Positions 26,621 to 41,900 of a DNA stretch of 64,000 bases are shown in pieces; within the stretch, counting starts at the first letter, position 1, and each line of letters opens with the position of its first letter. Source of the stretch: Octopus vulgaris (lineage: Eukaryota). The stretch lies in contig OX597827.1 in the NCBI GenBank assembly GCA_951406725.2, positions 48,174,001-48,238,000 on the forward strand, in the 5' to 3' direction. The position numbers and the translations under genes were made by a program. Under the pieces are notes generated by a model. It saw only the letters and a program-made list of their open reading frames with translations, was not told the origin of the DNA and did no database searches.

Positions 26621-27537
26621 ACCCCCGACTCCACACACACATGCACACACACACACAAACACTATATATAGCGTTATGTGCCCATATCAAAAATCCTTAT
26701 CGTTCTTCGAGTGAGTTATTTTCCTCGGAAACACAACATCCGAAAACTTTGATAAGATTAGAATTATTGACGTTTTCGATTTGCAAGGGCTGGAAACATT
26801 AAGACTCGCTTATCTATCACTTTGCACGCGAAAGATAAATGAAATAACTGGAAACTAAATAAAAAAGTAATGCGATAATAAATAATGGAAATGCTAGCCC
26901 TGTTAGAAATTCACATATGTAGTCGAACATTTCGTATCATTTGTATTTATTTAGCATTTGATTATGTGTGTTTGTGTCTGTTGTTTAGCATTAGGGTATA
27001 TAATAGTAAGGAAGGCTTGTGATGTGTTATGCATGTTTGAATGCGCGGTAAACATTAAAGGAAAGAATAAGCGGCTTATAAGGAAGATCTACGACACGGA
27101 ATGATCACAGGTGAAATATTGTGGCAACATATAAAACTGGAAAAACAGCAACATCAACAACCAATGAATTTAAAGAAAAATAGCAAAATATGAATAATGA
27201 AGAATGTCAAGTATGAAAGAATGGGAAGTCAGTTGAGTGAAATTTATCAGAAATGTTCTAAGTAATCGATAAACGCATAAAATAGACATATCTCACATTG
27301 TTTTTTTTTTTCCTGCCCACTTTGCAGGAACACATGCGCACACATGTAGACATACATGTATGTACACAGACACGCAATTACAAATTATAGCTTTCCTACA
27401 TGTACACAGAGAGACGGGGACTGAGTGATGGGACAGAATGAAACAATAGTTATCGCTTCAAAAGTGAAATAAAAAGCTTTTAGGCAGTGAAGGTTATCTC
27501 TCTCTCACTCTCTCTCTCTCTCTCTCTCTCTCTTCTC

Positions 27538-27594
<57 letters not shown>

Positions 27595-27609
27595 ACATAC
27601 AAATATATG

Positions 27610-27662
<53 letters not shown>

Positions 27663-28950
27663 ATAAGGATAAGATCGTTAATTTAAAATAAATCAACAAT
27701 CTTATCAAGTGGCCAGGATGGAAAACATAACCTTCAAATGTAATAATTATATATATATAGATATATAGATATATATATATACATCTGCTCATGTTTTGTT
27801 GATATTATCTGTCATTTCTGATTCATTCGCAGGAAATTATCCACCATAATATATCATATGCTTCTTCAGGACAAGGCGAAATTTTCTTACCATAAAGTAA
27901 TAAATTTCTTAAGTACCTCCAATCGTATACGGTCTTTGGCATAACTAGGTGAAATATGATTAATGATGTTTTGAAAGTGCATTTAATCTTCAGAATGATA
28001 AACAGCTAAAATATATGAATAAAAACTATATTGCTTACAAAAATGTTATGGCAGTAATAATATCTCTTTATTGAGCCTTACAGAAAAAAAACATTCGATG
28101 AAATTCCCTTCTCTTAACATCTCGTCAACGCAGTATATCACCTACGTAATTTTCTAAAATAAAAGCGGGTATATATATTTAGTCAGACCTAGCCTTATAC
28201 TGTTAAATGCGAGTAAGACAAATACCGGTAGAATAAGGTTTACACGAAGGTGAAGGTGTTTGGTACAACTTCCTATGCAATTCATTGAAAAATGGGTAAT
28301 ATATCAAACAAATTAAACGATTTTGTCTATCACTAAATATACTGGAATCAGTATAACAAATCCTCCTTCACAAACCAACCAAAGTGAAACGAATTTATTA
28401 CAATGACATTAGTAATTGGTTCTTCTATCGTTGTGCAATTTGGCGATGGTGTGAGCTAAATATAAATGTATTTCTTGCAAAGATCTAAAGCTTTTGCCAA
28501 GAGTAAAAAGACAGAAAGCATTGAATTGAAAAACCCTCAAAGAAATAAAACATTAACCGACTTACGCGATTTTATATTTCTTCTCAGCCACATGCCAGCG
28601 CTACGTAGGAAGCCAAGTTAATGATTCATCTTCAAATCCCAGCACAAATTTTGCACATTTATATTAATATATGTTGTTGTAGCTTGCAGACAATAGTTTA
28701 ATGGAAGTGATATTTTGACATTCTTCGGTCACATATCTGCGAATGCAGCCTTTGCGCTGAATAATTAAACAAATTGATCCGCGGTAGGAAATTCTCTTCG
28801 TTTCGTGAGTTCATGTATATTCAGAAACATATCAACCGTCTTCCTTAAATACGAAATACACTTAAGCGCCCATGATAGACCTAGGACTTGTTTATATATC
28901 TCGATAGACAAGCACTGCACGGAAGTCTGCTATGTACCCGACATCTGTAA

Positions 28951-29300
28951 TGGAGGCACAATGGCCCAGTGTTTAGGGCAGCGGACTTACGGTCATGAGA
29001 TTGCGGTTTCGATCCCCAGACCGAGCATTGTGAGTGTTTATTGAGCGAAAACACATAATGTCCCCTGCTCCGGCACGGGCTGGTGGCGAAACTTGCCGTT
29101 CTCTTTCTCTGATGTGTCTGGATTTCAAAGGGCCAGCCCCGTCGCACGCTGTGTCACACCGAATCTCCCCGAGAACTACGTTAAGGGTATACGTGTCTGA
29201 GGAGTGCTCAGCTGCTTACATGTTAATTTCAGGAGTAGTCTGTTCCGTTGATTGGATCAACTCGAACTCTCGACGTTTTAACCCAAGGAGTTCCGCGACT
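28951..29300 (+). mobile_element. tRNA-derived SINE with target-site duplication
   Basis: A box TGGCCCAGTG, B box-like GGTTTCGATCC; 10-bp TSD cgacatctgt at 28939-28948 and 29301-29310. Confidence 0.85.
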
Positions 29301-31610
29301 CGACATCTGTGATTAGCTGCTAAGTATAATTGGTCTGACGGTCAAAATATAAATTCTACTTTGCCTATGGCATTCTTCAGTAATTGTCACTCTGTTGCAG
29401 CTTGATCAGAGAATAAAAGTTATAGTGTTGTTCACCATCGCAACAAGAATGCATAGATAAAGAGTGTTAAAGAGTCACTCTTATGACTATATAATGAGCT
29501 AACTGCTAATAAACGTTCAGAAACATTCAACATATATTCTTGACATCGAATTATACAGTTCGCCTATGTGCACATAATTATTACAAAATATAATTGCTGA
29601 GCAACAGAGTAATCGGTAGCACTGCATAAATTATCGGTCCTCCGGTGTATCAAGATGCTTGATTTCATTCATTCTCTTATGAAAAGGCTCTACAACCCAC
29701 AGCATTAATTTTATACATGTCAACACATCTAAAATTGACGTTGAGTTATATAATTACAGAAAAGCAGATAGACTGAAAAGTTTTCAAGTAATGTCACGTA
29801 GATGATTAATTGATGGTGCACAAGTTGTGATGTATATGATATTAGTAGAAGCACAATGAAAAGATCTGTTGTTCGAATCATCATATCATTACGGAGTGCA
29901 TCCGTGAACTGGATATCATACTTATATTTATCGTGTGTCTCTAACATCAGGTCGGTAGTGTTTGGAAAATAGGAATCATTGTAAGAAGCAGTTATTTATA
30001 TCCTCTGGATATTGACAAGTGATATGCTGGATTCTATTTCGATGTTGTGTTCAATTTGCTCCGTGGGGTGAACAAACAGTGATCTTCTCCCGATATACCA
30101 GTTCATATACATATACAAACAGGAGATGTTTGTTGTGCAGTTGCTTCAAGCTACATAAATCAAATATTGGATCAATGTTGCATAAATTCCTGCGATTCAA
30201 AATAACATAAGATTGATTATATAATTGATTGAGAAGGAAATAGAAATGTGTCAAAATCAAAGATACCCAATAACGGTAAATATCGATTTATTACACAGTA
30301 TTTGAATTAAACAAATGAGAATGTTCTTAATATGCACTTAGTGTTAACGTAGCTAATACAGAAAGCATTAAAAATTTAGCTAAATTATAATGTACATCAA
30401 ATATTGTTGTTTTTTCTCTACATCGGGTAGCTGCAATATTAGTCAATGATTCCTAGTACTCCATGACTAATATTACTGAATGAATTTTATTGTTCTAATT
30501 GTAACTTGTACACCTCTTTGACATCTTTGATTTTGGTGTTATTATGATATCATTATACACCTCACCCTACATGACGAATCGATATTAGGTAAATGGCAAA
30601 CATTGGCTGATAGAATAATTCAGAAGAAAGATATCGCAGAGATACATTTGTTTATTCTATCGTGCAGAAATTTCCTGAATAAATTATATAAATGAAAACC
30701 ACAAAAAGCAAAAATTAAATCTGATATCGATACCTGCAATCGTGAGTAGATATACTTTTATCTTTTTCTTTCTTTGGCTTCACTTAGACCCTGGCCATCA
30801 CATATTTTGATATATCTAAAACTATATAGAAAACTGGTTAGTAGTCAATTGGTCACAAAACAAAGTATTTAATCGTTATTGGAAAGATATTATACATTTT
30901 TCCATTACAAATATGAATGTAATAGAATGATTATTTTAATTATATTGCGAAAATTTGCGTACACATTTGTGATGTGGATGTTCAGTCATTGCATCTCGGT
31001 ACACAAAAGAAAAACTCTCGCTTTAAATATCTGAAAGCTTTAGCAGAGAATGATTTGAAAAGATGACAGATAAAACATATGAAAAATATGATTCATTTAT
31101 GCCGCAGAATCGTATAATTCTTCGAAATCACATCTATTTAGCAAAACATTGTGCTACACTAAAAGGCTACGTTTATAAGCAAATAGGTGTATATTAACAG
31201 CAAATAGGTCGGCCTTATTCAAGTTAGGAATTATCAACAGAAAAGTTTCAGAGTGATACTGGTATTTTCTAAGAATTAGGCAGTAACTTCATTGGCAAAA
31301 TTTCCCATAAGTCCCAGATCAAATTATTGATGGGATGTTGAAGAAGAATCGCAATTAAAAGGTTGTTCTATGCCATAAAAGAAGAGGATATGATCTATGT
31401 GATTCCAGTTCATCTGATCATGATTGTGTAGTTATTCTCACAAAAGTATAAAGAAAGGCGGAGCAAGTATTTCAATTTGTTGTTTAAATTGAAACCATGT
31501 ATATGAAGGGAACTTGTACTCCCATGTATTTTCACAGCGATATATAACAACAGATCCACGGGGAAATTTTTCAGATTCTGAGAGGATGTATACACTATTG
31601 CCTGCGCAAA

Positions 31611-31852
31611 ATGTTTTTGAACCAGTTGAAGACATACAAGATATCGAAATTTCGTTCACTAGTTAACGATGGTACACTTCCTTTAATTTTGACTCTATAA
31701 CTTCAGGAGGAGTTACCTCATTCCTTTCTATATTAACCAAAATGAAGTAGATTGACAAAATTATTTTTTGAACCATTTAAAGACACACAAGATGTCGAAA
31801 TATCGCTCACTAGATAACAATAGCACTCTTTTTTTTAAATGTTGACTCTATT
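31611..31852 (+). ncRNA. 151-bp-period tandem with two minimal type I hammerhead-like motifs (decayed)
   Basis: Copy 1 (31618-31658) TGAAC-CAGTTGA-A-GACAT acaag ATATC-GAAA TTT C-GTTCA; copy 2 (31769-31809) TGAAC-CATTTAA-A-GACAC acaag ATGTC-GAAA TAT C-GCTCA. Confidence 0.55.
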
Positions 31853-31884
31853 ATTATTAATATTATTATTATTACTATTATTAC

Positions 31885-31907
31885 AACTACTACTACTACT
31901 ACTGCTG

Positions 31908-31967
<60 letters not shown>
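31885..31967. repeat. (TAC)n microsatellite
   Basis: Seen directly. Confidence 0.95.
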
Positions 31968-32090
31968 TAATTATTTCATCCCTTTGGGTCGATGAAATGT
32001 GTACCTGTAATGTACTTAGTCCATGTAATCCACTGATCCCCTCCCCCCTCAAATTTCTGTCCGTGTGCCTATAGTAGAAAAGATTATATA

Positions 32091-32133
<43 letters not shown>

Positions 32134-32229
32134 CATATATATATATATACATATACATATATATGTATATATACATATATATGTATATGTATATATGCAT
32201 ATATATGTATATGTATATATATATATATG

Positions 32230-32273
<44 letters not shown>

Positions 32274-33344
32274 CAGGCAGCGTAAAACCTAGCCCAAATT
32301 TTTCCTGTATTACATCTACTTGTTCAGGTATATCAGTCTAGTATGAAGTTGCTAACCATATGGTATTGATAAATGATTCGTATTAAAGTTGAAAATTCCT
32401 CAAGTATTGTTTGTAGCATTATTATATTTCTCATATAGCGAAACAAGTAGCCTGCAAATAACAGGCAGTTTTTTACATTTTTATTTAACATGGGCAGCAT
32501 TGTGATACATATTTACAAAGGAAACATGTGTAATGTTGAATTCTCAATCAATAATGCCAAACATATTTTCCGTTTTTTTTATATATGTGTGCGTGCGTGT
32601 GTATGAGTAGGTGTGTGTATGTGTGTCTATGTATGTGTGTATGTATGTATGTATGTATGTATGTATGTATGTATGTATGTATGTATGTATGCGTAGATAT
32701 ATTGACTGGCTATGTCCAAACACAAGTGCACAGAAAATGTTTGGCATAGTTCCGAGCCACAGAGCTGTCTCATGGTCTGCTGGCGGAGACAGCGATTTAC
32801 ATCTCAGAAACAGAAATGCGAAAATATACAAGATGATGTAGTGTTAGATAAAAAGAAAAACATATGAAATTAGAAACCTTGCAGTCACACATCTTTCTAA
32901 ATCAAAGCCATCATTTGGCATTACCAAATCTGCAAAACATCATTGTCCTTACACATAGGCACACTCACACGTTCGCACACACAAACACGCCTGCGTGCGC
33001 CTGTGTGTGTTTATGCCTGTGTGGGAAATCACGAATACGTTACAGTTAAAGAATCTTACGAATGATTAAATGATATTTACGCGAGAACAAAACATCAAAC
33101 GTCAAAATAACCCTTGGCAATAATTAATTATCTTAAATCAAAAACCGTTTCAAATCAAATGTGTAGATGTCTTCAAATTTTTTTTTTTCCGCCGGTCACA
33201 AAGTTATTTCTTGATGTCTTCTGAATTTCCATTAATTAACAAAACGAACGTCAAGCGCAACAGTCGTAATTTTGCTAAGAAGCGAAAAAGCCTCTGATTG
33301 ACTTGTAGAGATGAATCGCGACCTATCGGTATACACGACGGTGC

Positions 33345-33387
33345 ATGTATATTTATATGTATATATAAACACACATGTTCATATGTG

Positions 33388-33450
<63 letters not shown>

Positions 33451-33589
33451 ATGTATACACATATATGCATATATATATATATATATATATATGTATATGT
33501 ATACACATATATGCATATATATATATATACGTATATGTATACACATACATGCATATATATATATATATATGTATATGTATACACATATA

Positions 33590-33637
<48 letters not shown>

Positions 33638-33643
33638 CATATA

Positions 33644-33710
<67 letters not shown>

Positions 33711-33720
33711 TATATGTATA
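33345..33720. repeat. Compound (TA)n tract with repeated tgtatacacatatatgca units
   Basis: Seen directly. Confidence 0.9.
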
Positions 33721-34801
33721 ATTTAAGACAATCAGTACGTTGTCATTATAGTACTCGGAGCATTTTATATGTATAAATGTATGTATATGTATATACATAT
33801 GTATATATATTTGTGTATAAGAGCGCGTTTGTTTGTATATATGTATGTATATACACACACATTCACCTGCGTGTATATATATGTGTGTGTGTTTGTGTAT
33901 CTGTGTGTGTGTGTATGCAATCTATATATGTATGTCTGTACTGGGGACTATGAAACATCATTAGAACATTTCTGTTCCCGTTTACTCTACTCATCATTAA
34001 GTATGTCTCTCTCTTCATATTTTTGTTTTATGTACAAATTGCCTAAAGCTATGGAGACGTCTAGACACTCTTTACGTTTTGTTGTCGATAAAATAGCTAT
34101 TATTATTATTAAGTACATGCCGCGTAAAGTTAGTAGAGTTATGAGTACATCTTATTCGACCATGCATATTTGTTCTAACTACAAGCATGTTTGATAGAGG
34201 AGAAAATTATTTTCTTAAAAAATTGTGAAATGAAACGATTGCTTCTACTTCTAGCATTTCTAACGGTGGCTGTGTAACTATTTTGTCGCCAGTCGCTCAA
34301 AGTTAATCCAACGTCTTCACGCTGAGGAAGGGAGACTTTGTCTCGATTAAAAGATATTTCTGATGAAAGGGAACTTGTTTCTGTTTCATAAAGTTGAGGA
34401 GAATCAGGAAATATTTCTATTTTATTTGATTGATTGTGCGGTTATTATCCGATTTTAAATGCCTTTCTTTAAATCTAAACTACATTCATCAACAAGCAGA
34501 ACAAACTGTTAATTATATATTTAACGAAACAAACGCACACTCACTCACACAAACTTATGTAAGTGGTATTTCATTTCAATACTGTAATATACAATAAAAC
34601 ATATCTATATATTCTTAGCCAACACAGTAATAACGAGTGTAAGTACTGCCTCTATAAATATCAGTTCTGCAGTTCATAACAGCAATGAAACGAAAAACTG
34701 TTAACATTCCGGCAATGTATTATTTGATCTACCGACCAATAAACTATTAAAGAAGCGAATTCTTGTATCACTTTTTCATTGGGTACTAAAACCAACGTGT
34801 T

Positions 34802-35022
34802 TATGGGGGGATGCTGAAAAGTTCCTGGCTTTGGGCAAAATAAATCAGAGAAGCACCAGTTAATTCTGATTTTATTCAACATATTTCCATCTCAGATTCA
34901 CTCACTTCTTGCAGCTCTCCTTCTGTTTCCTCAGCCCTGTTAAACAACTCAGAAGGTTGAGTCTCCAGCCAGGCATTTCAGGAGACCCTTCAAGCCAGGA
35001 ACTTTTTCAGCACACCTTCATA
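34802..35022. mobile_element. mariner-derived MITE
   Basis: TIRs tatggggggatgctgaaaagttcctggctt / aagccaggaactttttcagcacaccttcata with TA ends; interior minus strand reads CKK*VNLRWKYVE* (mariner C-terminus KCVxxxGEYVE). Confidence 0.85.
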
Positions 35023-35164
35023 TAAGCAATGTGTTTTGTGAATAGCCAAGCAAGGTTCACAGTTACGGACTAACATTCAAAATGTCCAGTTGAAATGTGC
35101 AGCATGTAAGGTTCTTCCTTCATTTTCTGTCGGTGAATATATTGTCAATAAGGAAGAAATGTTT

Positions 35165-35310
35165 ACATGCTCCTCAACAACAAACTTGAGTTCATTCGCA
35201 CTGCGAGGCAGCCTGGTCAATTTTCTTCTGCTATAGCCTCGGAACGATCTAAAACTTTTCAGCAGATTTAGTGGATGGAAACTGAAAGAAGCTCGTCGTA
35301 TAAATGGGTT

Positions 35311-35357
<47 letters not shown>

Positions 35358-35554
35358 CAAATTTATAGAAAAACAGGAAGACAAATGTAGCAACAACGAA
35401 CAAGTGCATTTGTTTGACACTCGGGAAAATGGAAATGTCTTTTACGTTTCAAGCTTACACTCTGCGACAGAAAGGAAGAAGAGAAAATAGATAAAGAATG
35501 AAAAGCATGTACTGAGTTCAGTGGTGCACACACACAAGCACACACTCACACACA

Positions 35555-35589
<35 letters not shown>

Positions 35590-36095
35590 CACACACAAAC
35601 ACACACACGCGCGTATGTATGTGGGCCACTCAACTCAACATGTTTTATTTCATTCTCTCTTTATCGCCTCTTATTATTTTCCGTCGAAGAGCGTAATCTC
35701 AAAACGTAAAAGACTTTTCCATTTTCCAGAGCGTCAAACTAAGAAACTTGCTTGTTGTTCTTACACCTGTCTTCGTCTTTGTTTTGCTATAAATTGGAAG
35801 ATAGATATATAGACATAGATATAGATTTATATATATATATACACATATATATATGTGTGTGTTTTGTGTGGGAAAGTGCGCGCATACGTCATTGCATTTG
35901 TGTTGTGCTTCCCACATTCACTTGACAACCGCTGTTAGTTTGTATACATACCGGCAAAGTAGCGGTTCGGCAATAATAACGATAAAATAGAAACCAGGCT
36001 TTCAAAAACTCAAAATATGGGGCTGGATTTGCTCGACTGAAGCCTACGAAACGTGCCCCAGAATGGCCGCTGTGATATGTCTAAAAGACGTAACA
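35165..36095 (+). mobile_element. Diverged CORE-like SINE interrupted by an inverted family-A HHR pair
   Basis: SINE 5' half to about 35300 (ggaaactgaaagaagctcgtcgta), 3' half from about 35900 (cttgacaaccg..gcggttcggcaa..gtgccccagaatggccgc); insert at 35357-35798. Confidence 0.7.
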
Positions 36096-36139
36096 CATGG
36101 ATGAAAACAAAGATTTAAATAATCCCATAGTGTATTACA

Positions 36140-36177
<38 letters not shown>

Positions 36178-36384
36178 TGTTTATTATATTATGCTGACTT
36201 GTTGAAAGAGTTTATAAGGAAAATTCGAAGTCCTAATCAACTCCAAATCAATACATTTTATTCTAACTGCATAGAATCCCACCCTTAGCAAATAATAATT
36301 TGTTATATGTTACCAGTCGATCAATAACACTACATTATTTATATATACATACACCAAACACACACATAAGTATACGTACGTGTG

Positions 36385-36444
<60 letters not shown>

Positions 36445-36452
36445 ATGTGTGC

Positions 36453-36486
<34 letters not shown>

Positions 36487-36611
36487 ATTTATGTATATAA
36501 CACTATTTATGAACTGTTATTGAATCACCACCTATATATGTGTCGCCGTGCCTGTGTTGTAGATATGATGTATTCATATATATTTATATTTCTGTATGTA
36601 TATATATGTGC

Positions 36612-36656
<45 letters not shown>

Positions 36657-37922
36657 TTTTTAAGTGTATGTATATATATATATATATGTTTGTGTGTGTA
36701 TCTGTATGTGTGCGTGTGTTTGTGTGTGTGTGTGTATCTGTATGAGAGCGTGTGTTTGTGTATGTGTGTATAGGGAAAGAGAGAGAAAGAGACATAGAGA
36801 CAAAGATACATAAAGAAAGAGAGAGAGAGAGAGCCTTGTACTTATTTTCAGGAAACATGAAACTGTAATTGAGGAAACTCAAATAAGTCCGATAACGTTG
36901 ACAACATTAATATTCGTATAGTAAAAAACAGTTGCATTGATATATTACACCGTGCACCCAACCCATATCAATTTTTACGGTCCATCAAAGCAGCCGGTTC
37001 CTGTATCTGATGCAATAAATAATATATTATTAGTCAATGAATAATATCGACTTATCGCACAATTATTTCTAATTAGCTTTTAATGTCCTTTGCAATCTAT
37101 ACGTTAACGCTAAGTTAACTAACGATTTTTATGCGGTTAGCAACCGTGCATAATTTATACTCTAATGTATTCTAAATTTCTATGTCAACTAGTTAAGATA
37201 CAATATTTTACAATGTTTAGTGCTTAACTTACTGCTATTTAGACGAGAAAATTGAGTATATGTCTCCTGAGAATGCGTGACAGGCCATAAAAGCGTTTGT
37301 TGTTATATCATTTACTCACTGGGATAATTAAAATCATATCAGTAATTGACTAACAACTGTCTGTTCAAGGACACAATGATTTTAAAGTTGTCTTTTAAGG
37401 CGATTTGCTTTAAATATTTTAACACTTAATGAAACTTTAATGCTAGAATTTAAATTTTGTGTTAACCGTTTCTTAGAAGGAAATATCTTCAAATCTGCCC
37501 GAGAGAGAGAGAGAGAGAGAGCAGACGAATCACAGTCATCTTCTTACATCCTACTGTTTTACAGAAAAGTCAAATTAGATATTGTAGTTTTAGATGATGG
37601 AACGTTTTCAATCTTCATAGGTTTGCACAATCAGCGTTGACTTCTGACTGGACAACGATCACTCAATCTCCGGTAATATATTAAGACAAAATATAATGAA
37701 AATTAGACGAGAAATGTCGATTTAATTCGCTTAGGAGGCAATATACTTAGACGCTCTCCAATTGAGGGGCACAAATGTTGTATGTAATCTATCTTGATAA
37801 GCTCGCGATCATATTTGATTTCATATGAAAATGCAGTGAAATAATATATTTTATCTGAAGGGATGAATCGGATACATCACTTAAGTTAATAATCAGCTAA
37901 TTGTTTCAGAAATATTCGTAAA

Positions 37923-38300
37923 AGGAGTGGCTGTGTGGTAAGTAGCTTGCTTACCAACCACATGGTTCCGGGTTCAGTCCCACTGCGTGGCACCTTGGGC
38001 AAGTGTCTTCTACTATAGCCTCGGGCCGACCAAAGCCTTGTGAGTAGATTTGGTAGATGGAAACTGAAAGAAGCCCGTCGTATATATGTATGTGTATGTG
38101 TCTGTGTTTGTCCCATCCAACATCGCTTGACAACCGATGCTGGTGTGTTTATGTCCCCGTCACTTAGCCGTTCGGCAAAAGAGACCGATAGAATAAGTAC
38201 TGGGCTTACAAAGAATAAGTCCCGGGGTCGAGTTGCTCGATTAAAGGCGGTGCTCCAGCATGGCCGCAGTCAAATGACTGAAACAAGTAAAAGAAAAAGA
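37923..38300 (+). mobile_element. CORE-like tRNA-derived SINE, full length
   Basis: A box TGGCTGTGTGG, B box GGTTCAGTCC, ccttgggcaagt (CORE-like), internal TA/TG microsatellite and LINE-like 3' tail; several copies in the window. Confidence 0.9.
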
Positions 38301-39076
38301 AGAAAAAAATTGAGTTAAAAACTTACGCTTAAGAAATTATTAGAACATTAACGAAGAAGTAGATAGAAAATTAACGGCAGCAAGCATTTATGTAACCAGA
38401 GGAATGCAAAATGAAAAAGCATTTATTGAACACTAGAAAACGTGAAATTCTCAGATGATTTTATAAGTAGGCATAATAACATCGAAATGCATCTGATGTT
38501 TTCACCAACTGACTTGAAGAAAAGAACACGAGCACTACCTTTTATAGATATTCCAAAATTTCAATTCAGAAACTTTATTTGAGTCATTTCCCTCGCTACT
38601 TTTAGCTTTTAATATTCCTAGAATGAGATTTGTGTAATAATATTGAAAATTTCAGCTGACAGACATGTTATTTTGTAATTTGAGATCACCAGACACAGAG
38701 AAGATTTCCCCTCATAATTTCAGGAAATTTCATTCTGTTTTGTATAGATTTATTGACATTTAGCCCCAGCTAAAATCTTACTATTTTAATCTATATCCAG
38801 AATTCATCCAAACAGAAGCATAACGTCATTATTTCAGAGTACATTTTTCTTTTAGAGTATTCCATTCTCTGAGACGGTAGAGTATGATTCATGGCAGTTC
38901 ATTTGGGTCCATAAAAAAATGTGCTATTTGTTATTCACGTACACGTATGTCTTGTTTACATGCACCGTGCTATCGCTAATAATTGCGTAGGTGCCTATTT
39001 AGTTGCCAGCAGACATATAGATCCTCGAGTCTCTCCCACATTTTGACAAAGCGACAAATCGAGAATGTGATAGCTG

Positions 39077-39140
<64 letters not shown>

Positions 39141-39149
39141 CGATATGTT

Positions 39150-39715
39150 AAGGTGGCGAGCTGGCAGAAACGTTAGCACGCCGGGCTAATGGCTTAGCGG
39201 TATTTCGTCTGCCGTTATGTTCTGAGTTCAAATTCCGCCGAGGTCGACTTTGCCTTTCATCCTTTCGGAGTCGATTAAATAAGTACCACTTACGCACTGG
39301 GGTCGATATAATCAACATAATCCGTTTGTCTGTTTGTCTGCCCTTGCTTGTCCCCTCTGTGTTTAGCCCCTTGTGGGTAGTAAAGAAATAGGTATTTCGT
39401 CTGCCGCTACGTTCTGAGTTCAAATTCTGCCGAGGTCGACTTTGCTGTTCATCCTTTCGGGGTAGATAAATTAAGTACCAGTTACGCACTGGGGTCGATA
39501 TATTCGACTTAAACCGTTTGCCTGTCCTTGTTTGTCCCCTCTATGTTTAGCACCTCGTGGGTAATAAAGAAATAAGAAACGTTAGCTCGCAGGGAGTAAT
39601 GCTTAGCAGTATTTCGATATCGACTTTGCCTTTCATCCTTTCAGGGTCGATAAATTAAGTACCTGTTGTGACTGGTCCCCTCCCTCAAATTTTGGTCCAT
39701 GTGCCCAGAGTAGAA
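39150..39715 (+). mobile_element. Meta-domain-like SINE with internal tandem duplication
   Basis: Head ggcgagctggcagaaacgttagcacg, B box GAGTTCAAATTC; body repeated at about 39200, 39392 and partially 39576. Confidence 0.9.
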
Positions 39716-39719
39716 GAGT

Positions 39720-40352
<633 letters not shown>

Positions 40353-41379
40353 TATGTGTGTGCCTGTGTATGCTTGTTTGTATAGTGACCATGTAGAAAT
40401 CCACTGCCTGTCTGAGGCTTTGTTTAATGTTTGTTGGTGACTATGTGAAAAGATTATAGTCATAGTTTTAAATTGCAATAAGTTTCTTCTTGATGCCCTA
40501 TGTTCTTTATAACAGAATCTGAATATGCATGTGTCATCGCACGACTCTCACATCTCCCTGATATCTTAGATACGACCCCTATTGTGTACATCCAGAAACT
40601 CAACTCTAATGGACCTTTCTTCATTTCTTCACAATCCTTTCTTCAACGACTGTTGAAATATCCTTGTTAAACAGATTGTCTTTTGTGTGAAAGGTGTTGC
40701 TGAACATAATTATATTCTTAATAAAGACTAGAATTTATTCTATGACGTTTACTTATTGGAATCAAATACCGAATTTACCGTTTGAATTTGTTTCTCAGTG
40801 GTCGAGACGATACCATAATTATAAGGAATTTAGGCTCTTGAGGGGACAACAAATGATAAGTTTGAATATACCGGCCATGAGATGCTCCACTAGAATATTT
40901 CAATATTTCTGGAAGACGACGGCAAATTTCTATGCTGGATACCGATGTTGTATCTACGCAGTTGATTTAATAATACGCTACAAACTAATAAACTGTCTGC
41001 CTACGATGTGCAGCTTGGATGGATTCGCTGCGAAAATTTTATATATAAGGATATATAAAGATTTAATATAAACTATACTGAATATCTTATAACACGTCAT
41101 TAACTTGAATTGTTGAAACTTTATATTCTTCTGATAATAGTACACGTATATAGTTTTAAATTTGACGGATGAGAATCTCATAATATTTAATGAAAATATC
41201 TCTGTATTTTAATAAAATGACTGAATGTCCATGATACCTTTGGAAAATAATATCGTTATACTGAGCCGGTAGATATGCATGAAATTAAAGCCTGATTTCA
41301 AATGACTTTCTGTTGACTTTATCGATATTTCATTATTACTAACTTGTGAGCTGAAATAAAATTTGCTGCATCGGTTGTG

Positions 41380-41900
41380 GCAGTATTTGTTACCGATTTA
41401 TATATTCTGGTCTCAAATCATTCCACAGAGGTCAATGTTTTATTCTGTTCCTTTGGAGTCGATATAATACGGAACAAGTCATATAATCGAAAGTCGATGG
41501 TATGCACTACATATACTCCTCACAAGTTCTGCCTTGCATCTTAAATTAGAAGCAACTATTTTCAGTAAATGAAATGAATATATGTTTAGAGCGTCGAATA
41601 AAATACTTTGTGATATTTAGTCGACTTCAAGCCAGCTTTATATTGATTCTTTTGAGTTCGTTGAAATAGAGTATTGGTTAAGTCATATAGTCAATGCTAT
41701 TGATTAACTTACTCTCCGTAAAGACTTGTGTCAAAATTAGAAATGATTACTATTAACATCCATTTGAAAGAATTTGTGGAGCATTGTACAGAATGCTTTA
41801 TGCTATTTGACAACAATACTATACGCTCTGAGTTCAAATCCCACTGAAGGCAACATTGTCACGGATTCTTGAGGGATAGACGAAATAGATACCAGTCATT
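41380..41900 (+). mobile_element. Cluster of highly decayed Meta-domain-like SINE copies
   Basis: Remnants such as tctcaaatc..gaggtcaa..ctttggagtcgata and ctgagttcaaatcccactgaag. Confidence 0.45.
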
